A stretch of DNA of 64,000 nt from an uncultured bacterium (lineage in GTDB: Bacteria > Verrucomicrobiota > Verrucomicrobiia > Limisphaerales > UBA8199), in contig CAVVMW010000006.1 in assembly GCA_963749495.1 (NCBI GenBank), positions 992,001-1,056,000 on the forward strand. The letters run 5' to 3'. Below, piece by piece: positions 59,868 through 64,000 of the stretch (positions are counted from its first letter, which is position 1; each line of letters starts with the position of its first letter). The notes below the pieces were generated by a model. That model was given only the letters and a program-made list of their open reading frames with translations. It did no database searches and was not told where the DNA came from. Position numbers and translations under genes: made by a program.

Positions 59868-60096
59868 CGCGTTCAGGCCAAAGGCCTGGTTCATACCAGC
59901 CCAGGGCAAGGCCCGCCGGAGCGCAGCGCAGGCGGGCCGCCGCCCTGGGTCCACCGCGCATTCTATTCTGTTGCAGGCCAGCGGCCTGCCTCATAAAGCT
60001 CCCGGAGGATGAATCGCGCTTTCAGCGCTCTAGACGATTATTGGCGGCTGTTCCCAGGGCGTTGCCCTGGGCTGGTATGAACGACGCCGTTGGCGT
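59868..60096. repeat. CCCAGGGC REP-like palindromic element
   Basis: TTCATACCAGCCCAGGGCAA and TTGCCCTGGGCTGGTATGAA inverted arms. Confidence 0.75.
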
Positions 60097-60196
60097 CCAG
60101 AGCACACACCGCCGGTTCCGCCGTAATTCTGTCGTGCGCCCGCAGGAAACGCACTTTGCTCTTTGAACTTCCGCTGGTTGGCCCTATAACCAGCGG

Positions 60197-61153
60197 GTGA
60201 CCGAGCCGGCAAAGCCATTGGCGCTGACAATTGACGCCGCGACCCGCTACTGCGCGGTCTGCGGCTGCCCGGTCCGGCATTCCGCGTCACCCGCGATGCA
60301 GAACGCCGGCTTGGCCGCGCTGGGCCTGAACTGGCGCTACTTGGCCTTGGAGGTCCATCCGGAGGACTTGCGGGCCGCCTTGGACGGGGCCAAGGCCATG
60401 GGCTTTGTCGGCCTGAACCTTACCCTCCCGCACAAGTTGCTCGCCCTGGGGATGATGGACCTGCTGGATGCCTCGGGGCGCGAGTGGGGCGCAGTGAACA
60501 CGGTGCGCTTCGAGGGCCGCGACCCGCAGGGGGCCTGGCGTCCCCTGGCCGGCTGGGCGGACAGCCCGGCGCCGCGCGAGGTCCGGGCACACGGGTTCAA
60601 TACGGACGCCGATGCCATCGCCAGGGCGCTGAGCCAGGACCTGGGCGTGGCCGTGGCCGGGGCGAGTGTCCTGCTGCTGGGGGCCGGCGGGGCTGGGCGG
60701 ACCGCCGCCCTCAAGCTGGCGTCCGAGAAGACCGCCCGGCTCTTTCTGGTCAACCGCACCCGCAGCAAGGCCGAGGCCCTGGCCCGAGAGGTCCGGGAAC
60801 ATTACCCGGCTGTGGAGGTGACACTGGGCTATCCCTCGGGACCGGTGGAACTGGTCCTCAATGCGACTTCACTGGGCCTGGGGCCGAGCGAGCCCTCGCC
60901 GCTGGAGGAAGGGCAGTTTTGCCTGCGCCGGGCCGCGGCGGTCTATGATATGATCTACCGTCCGGCGGAGACGGCGTTGCTCCGCTCGGCGCGGGCGGCC
61001 GGTTGCCGCGCCGCAAACGGCCTGGGCATGCTCCTGTATCAAGGCGCCAGGTCTCTCGAATTATGGACCGGCCGCGCCGCCCCTGTCGCCGTCATGCGCC
61101 AGGCGCTGGAGCAGAATGTATATGGACATGGCAATGTTCTCCCGCCTCTTTGA
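60197..61153 (+). CDS. aroE: Shikimate dehydrogenase
   Basis: HSASP.MQN, NLTLPHK, AVNT, NTD, GAGGAG, NATS, DMIY, GLGMLLYQG. Confidence 0.93.
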   Translation: MTEPAKPLALTIDAATRYCAVCGCPVRHSASPAMQNAGLAALGLNWRYLALEVHPEDLRAALDGAKAMGFVGLNLTLPHKLLALGMMDLLDASGREWGAVNTVRFEGRDPQGAWRPLAGWADSPAPREVRAHGFNTDADAIARALSQDLGVAVAGASVLLLGAGGAGRTAALKLASEKTARLFLVNRTRSKAEALAREVREHYPAVEVTLGYPSGPVELVLNATSLGLGPSEPSPLEEGQFCLRRAAAVYDMIYRPAETALLRSARAAGCRAANGLGMLLYQGARSLELWTGRAAPVAVMRQALEQNVYGHGNVLPPL

Positions 61154-62237
61154 CCCGGCCGTCTGGTCCGCAGTGCCGTTTGGTTTCTGGGGCGTCCTGT
61201 TTTTCGTCTTGGGCGCGGTGGTCGGCAGCTTCCTCAACGTGTGCATCTGCCGGATGCCGCTGGGCCAGAGCATCATCTCTCCGCCATCGCATTGTCCGCA
61301 CTGCCGCTACTCGATTCCCTGGTATCTGAACATCCCGCTGGTGACCTGGGTCTATCTGCGGGCCAGGTGCCGCAACTGCGGCGCTCCCATTTCGGTCCGC
61401 TATTTCGTGGTCGAGTCGCTCACCGCCCTGTTGTTCCTGGCCTGCTGCATCGGCCCCGGCCGGGATTCGCTTCTGCTGGCCCTCATCTATGCCGGCTTCC
61501 TGGCCAGTCTCATGGCCGGCAGTTTCATTGATTGGGAGCACATCTTCGTTCCCGACCAGATCACGGTCGGCGGGATGGTGGCAGGCTTCCTCTGCTCCAT
61601 CCTGGCGCTGGCCTTCCACCAGACCCATTCGATCACCGATGCAATGAAACAGAGCCTCCTGGGCATGGCCGTGGGTGCCGGCATCGTCTATGGCATCGTG
61701 CGCCTGGGCAAATGGTTCCTGGGCCGCTACCGGGTCGAGCTGCCTGCCGAAACTCGAGTCTTCTTCACCGAGACCGCCCTGTGCTGGGGCCAGGAACACC
61801 TGCTTTACGAGGACCTGTTCTATCGCCCGTCTGACGTGATCACACTGCAGGCGCGGACCCTCGAGATGGCGGACCGCTGCTACAAGGACGTGCCGGTGCG
61901 GCTGAGCCCCTCCAGGCTCACCATCGGCAGCGATGAGTTCGATCCCGAGGGCGTGCCCCATCTGGAGGTGGTCAGCTCGGAGATGGTCCTGCCGCGCGAG
62001 GCGATGGGCCTGGGCGACGTCAAGTGCATGGGCGCCATTGGGGCGTTCCTGGGCTGGAAGGCCGTCTTCTTCACCTTGATGCTCAGCTCGGTCATCGGCT
62101 CGATTGTGGGGCTGAGCCTCATCGCCCTGCGAAAGCACAAATTGACGCGCCTGGCCTACGTGCCCTACCTCTCCGCGGCCGCCGCCGTATGGGTCTTGGG
62201 CGGCGGGCGCCTGCTGGCCCGATGGTGGCCGCACTGA
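61116..62237 (+). CDS. pilD: Prepilin peptidase (A24) with internal insertion domain
   Basis: GSFLNV, SHCPHC, CRNC, FID, MGLGDVK, YVPYL. Confidence 0.9.
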   Translation: MYMDMAMFSRLFDPAVWSAVPFGFWGVLFFVLGAVVGSFLNVCICRMPLGQSIISPPSHCPHCRYSIPWYLNIPLVTWVYLRARCRNCGAPISVRYFVVESLTALLFLACCIGPGRDSLLLALIYAGFLASLMAGSFIDWEHIFVPDQITVGGMVAGFLCSILALAFHQTHSITDAMKQSLLGMAVGAGIVYGIVRLGKWFLGRYRVELPAETRVFFTETALCWGQEHLLYEDLFYRPSDVITLQARTLEMADRCYKDVPVRLSPSRLTIGSDEFDPEGVPHLEVVSSEMVLPREAMGLGDVKCMGAIGAFLGWKAVFFTLMLSSVIGSIVGLSLIALRKHKLTRLAYVPYLSAAAAVWVLGGGRLLARWWPH

Positions 62238-62406
62238 GCCAACCCGCTCCGGGCCGCCAGACCCATCTGACCCGTCCGAGCCGCCCGGCTCCTCCGACCC
62301 GCCCAAGTCATCTGCGGCTCCAGTTAGAGCGGCTGGAAAAACTAAGATGTTTGGTGCAACAAGGCGGTGGATGTAGGGCCTTTTTCCACGAGCGCCGTGA
62401 GTCCGG

Positions 62407-62488
62407 ACCTTTGTCGCAGCCTTTGTCGCAACCTTTGTCGAGTTGGCCATGCCTCGACAAAGGCCGCGACAAAGGTTGCGACAAAGGT
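62407..62488. repeat. CCTTTGTCG hairpin element copy 6
   Basis: Triple inverted repeat between convergent pilD and aroC. Confidence 0.9.
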
Positions 62489-62527
62489 CTGGATGCGGAG
62501 CTGCGAGGTTAATTCTGCCAGCCGCTC

Positions 62528-63607
62528 TCAGGCGCACTGGGCCTTGTGCCGCAGGGCGTGATCGATGAGGACCAGGGCGGTCATCGCCTCGACGATGGGG
62601 ACGGCGCGGGGCAGGACGCACGGGTCATGCCGGCCCCGGCCTTTGAGGGTCGTGTTGCGGAACCGTACATTGACGGTGTCCTGCTCGCGCATGATCGTGG
62701 CGATGGGTTTGAAGGCCACGCGGAAGCAGATGGTTTGGCCGTTGGAGATGCCGCCCTGGATTCCACCCGAGCGGTTGGTCGTGGTGAAAACCCTGCCGTC
62801 CCTGGCCCGGTACGCGTCGTTGTGCTGCGCGCCGGTGAGCAGGATGCCGCCGAAGCCGGAGCCGATGTCGAAGCCCTTGGAGGCGGGCAAACTCAGCATG
62901 GCCTTGGCCAGGTCCGCCTCCAGGCGGTCGAAGACCGGCTCCCCCCACCCGGCCGGCACGCCTCGCGCAACCCCTTCGATCACGCCGCCGACGGTGTCCC
63001 CCGCCTTGCGCATTCGCTCGATGAGACGGATCATCCTCTGTGCCGCCGCCGCGTCCGGGCAGCGCACGATGTTGGATTCCACCTGGCCGGCCTTGACCTT
63101 TTCCGGGTCGATGGCGGCCGTGATGCGCTGGACCTGCTTGACGTAGGCGAGGACCTCCACCCCGTAATACTCGCGGAGGAGCTTCCTGGCAATCGCGCCT
63201 GCCGCCACCCGCCCGACGGTCTCGCGCGCGCTGCTCCGCCCGCCGCCGGGCCAGCTCCGAATCCCGAACTTGGCCTGGTAGGTGTAATCCGCGTGCGAGG
63301 GCCTGAACTTGGTTGCCATCTCGGTGTAGGCCTCGGGCCGCGCGTCCTCGTTGGCGACCCACAGGGCTATGGGCGTGCCCAGCGTTTTGCCTTCGAAAGT
63401 GCCGGAGAGGATCTGCACCGTGTCGGACTCCTTGCGGGGGCTCACGATCCTGGACTGGCCGGGGCGCCGGCGATCCAGCTCAGGTTGGATGTCGGCCTCG
63501 CTCAACTCCAGCCGCGGCGGGCACCCATCCACCACCACCCCGACACCCTTGCCGTGCGATTCACCCCAGGTCGTGATGCGGAAAAGATGGCCAAAGGTGT
63601 TTGCCAT
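62528..63607 (-). CDS. aroC: Chorismate synthase
   Basis: [39 protein letters not shown]. Confidence 0.97.
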   Translation of the reverse strand: MANTFGHLFRITTWGESHGKGVGVVVDGCPPRLELSEADIQPELDRRRPGQSRIVSPRKESDTVQILSGTFEGKTLGTPIALWVANEDARPEAYTEMATKFRPSHADYTYQAKFGIRSWPGGGRSSARETVGRVAAGAIARKLLREYYGVEVLAYVKQVQRITAAIDPEKVKAGQVESNIVRCPDAAAAQRMIRLIERMRKAGDTVGGVIEGVARGVPAGWGEPVFDRLEADLAKAMLSLPASKGFDIGSGFGGILLTGAQHNDAYRARDGRVFTTTNRSGGIQGGISNGQTICFRVAFKPIATIMREQDTVNVRFRNTTLKGRGRHDPCVLPRAVPIVEAMTALVLIDHALRHKAQCA

Positions 63608-63698
63608 GACCAGACACTGCGGGAAAACCCCTTGCAGGTCAATGCGATCCGCGTATTCGGAACCGGGGGGCGGATCCCGACACTCATGCGGTCTTTGG

Positions 63699-63780
63699 AC
63701 CTTTGTCGCTGCCTTTGTCGGAGCCTTTGTCGAATGCGCCATGTCTCGACAAAGGCTGCGGCAAGGGCTGCGACAAAGGT
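63699..63780. repeat. CCTTTGTCG hairpin element copy 7
   Basis: Triple inverted repeat upstream of aroC. Confidence 0.9.
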
Positions 63781-63804
63781 CGTGCCAAAGTCACGTCGTT
63801 CGAT

Positions 63805-64000
63805 TTAGCCCCGCGGCACTCGCGTCCGCCGGAGCAATGCCGCCAGGCAGCCCAGCCCGGCGATCAGGCCGATGGCCCGGCCTTCCGGGACGGGCGAGTA
63901 CCTGGTACTCGAGGTGAAAAGTGTCTCCCCCCATGGAGGCGCCCGGACCGGCGTGGGCGAGATCCCCCAGGAGGGGCACATTCAGCCAGGTGGACCAATA
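63805..64000 (-). CDS. 3' end of a PEP-CTERM-like protein (partial)
   Basis: Own translation: SPVPEGRAIGLIAGLGCLAALLRRTRVPRG-stop (VPE, TM helix, basic tail). Confidence 0.5.

Noticed and set aside
1..64000. tRNA, rRNA, prophage, integrase or reverse transcriptase genes
   Set aside because: None recognised by eye; tRNAscan, Infernal and HMM searches would be needed to exclude divergent cases

Overview
GC-rich bacterial chromosomal segment. Gene content (secretin/pilus genes, large NHL/GloVer surface proteins, LpxI, HpnN-like transporter, PEP-CTERM tail) suggests Verrucomicrobiota or a related PVC lineage; this is an inference. Housekeeping genes include yebC, lpxI, gnd, mfd, aroE, pilD and aroC. 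Accessory loci include a C-protein-regulated AccI-like type II R-M module, a tandem RAYT (Y1 HUH transposase) locus, an IS4 element and an ApbE/DUF3570/cytochrome cluster. About nine single-base frameshifts in otherwise intact genes look like long-read indel errors. The most striking signal is non-genic: a dense set of small palindromic elements. These are heptamer-armed hairpins (some inserted in-frame in mfd), seven 12-bp-periodic CCTTTGTCG hairpins and several REP-like doublets. Alongside them are a RAYT with 25-bp terminal inverted repeats and two cargo islands bracketed by long direct duplications of the neighbouring gene end. No rRNA, tRNA or CRISPR array was seen.
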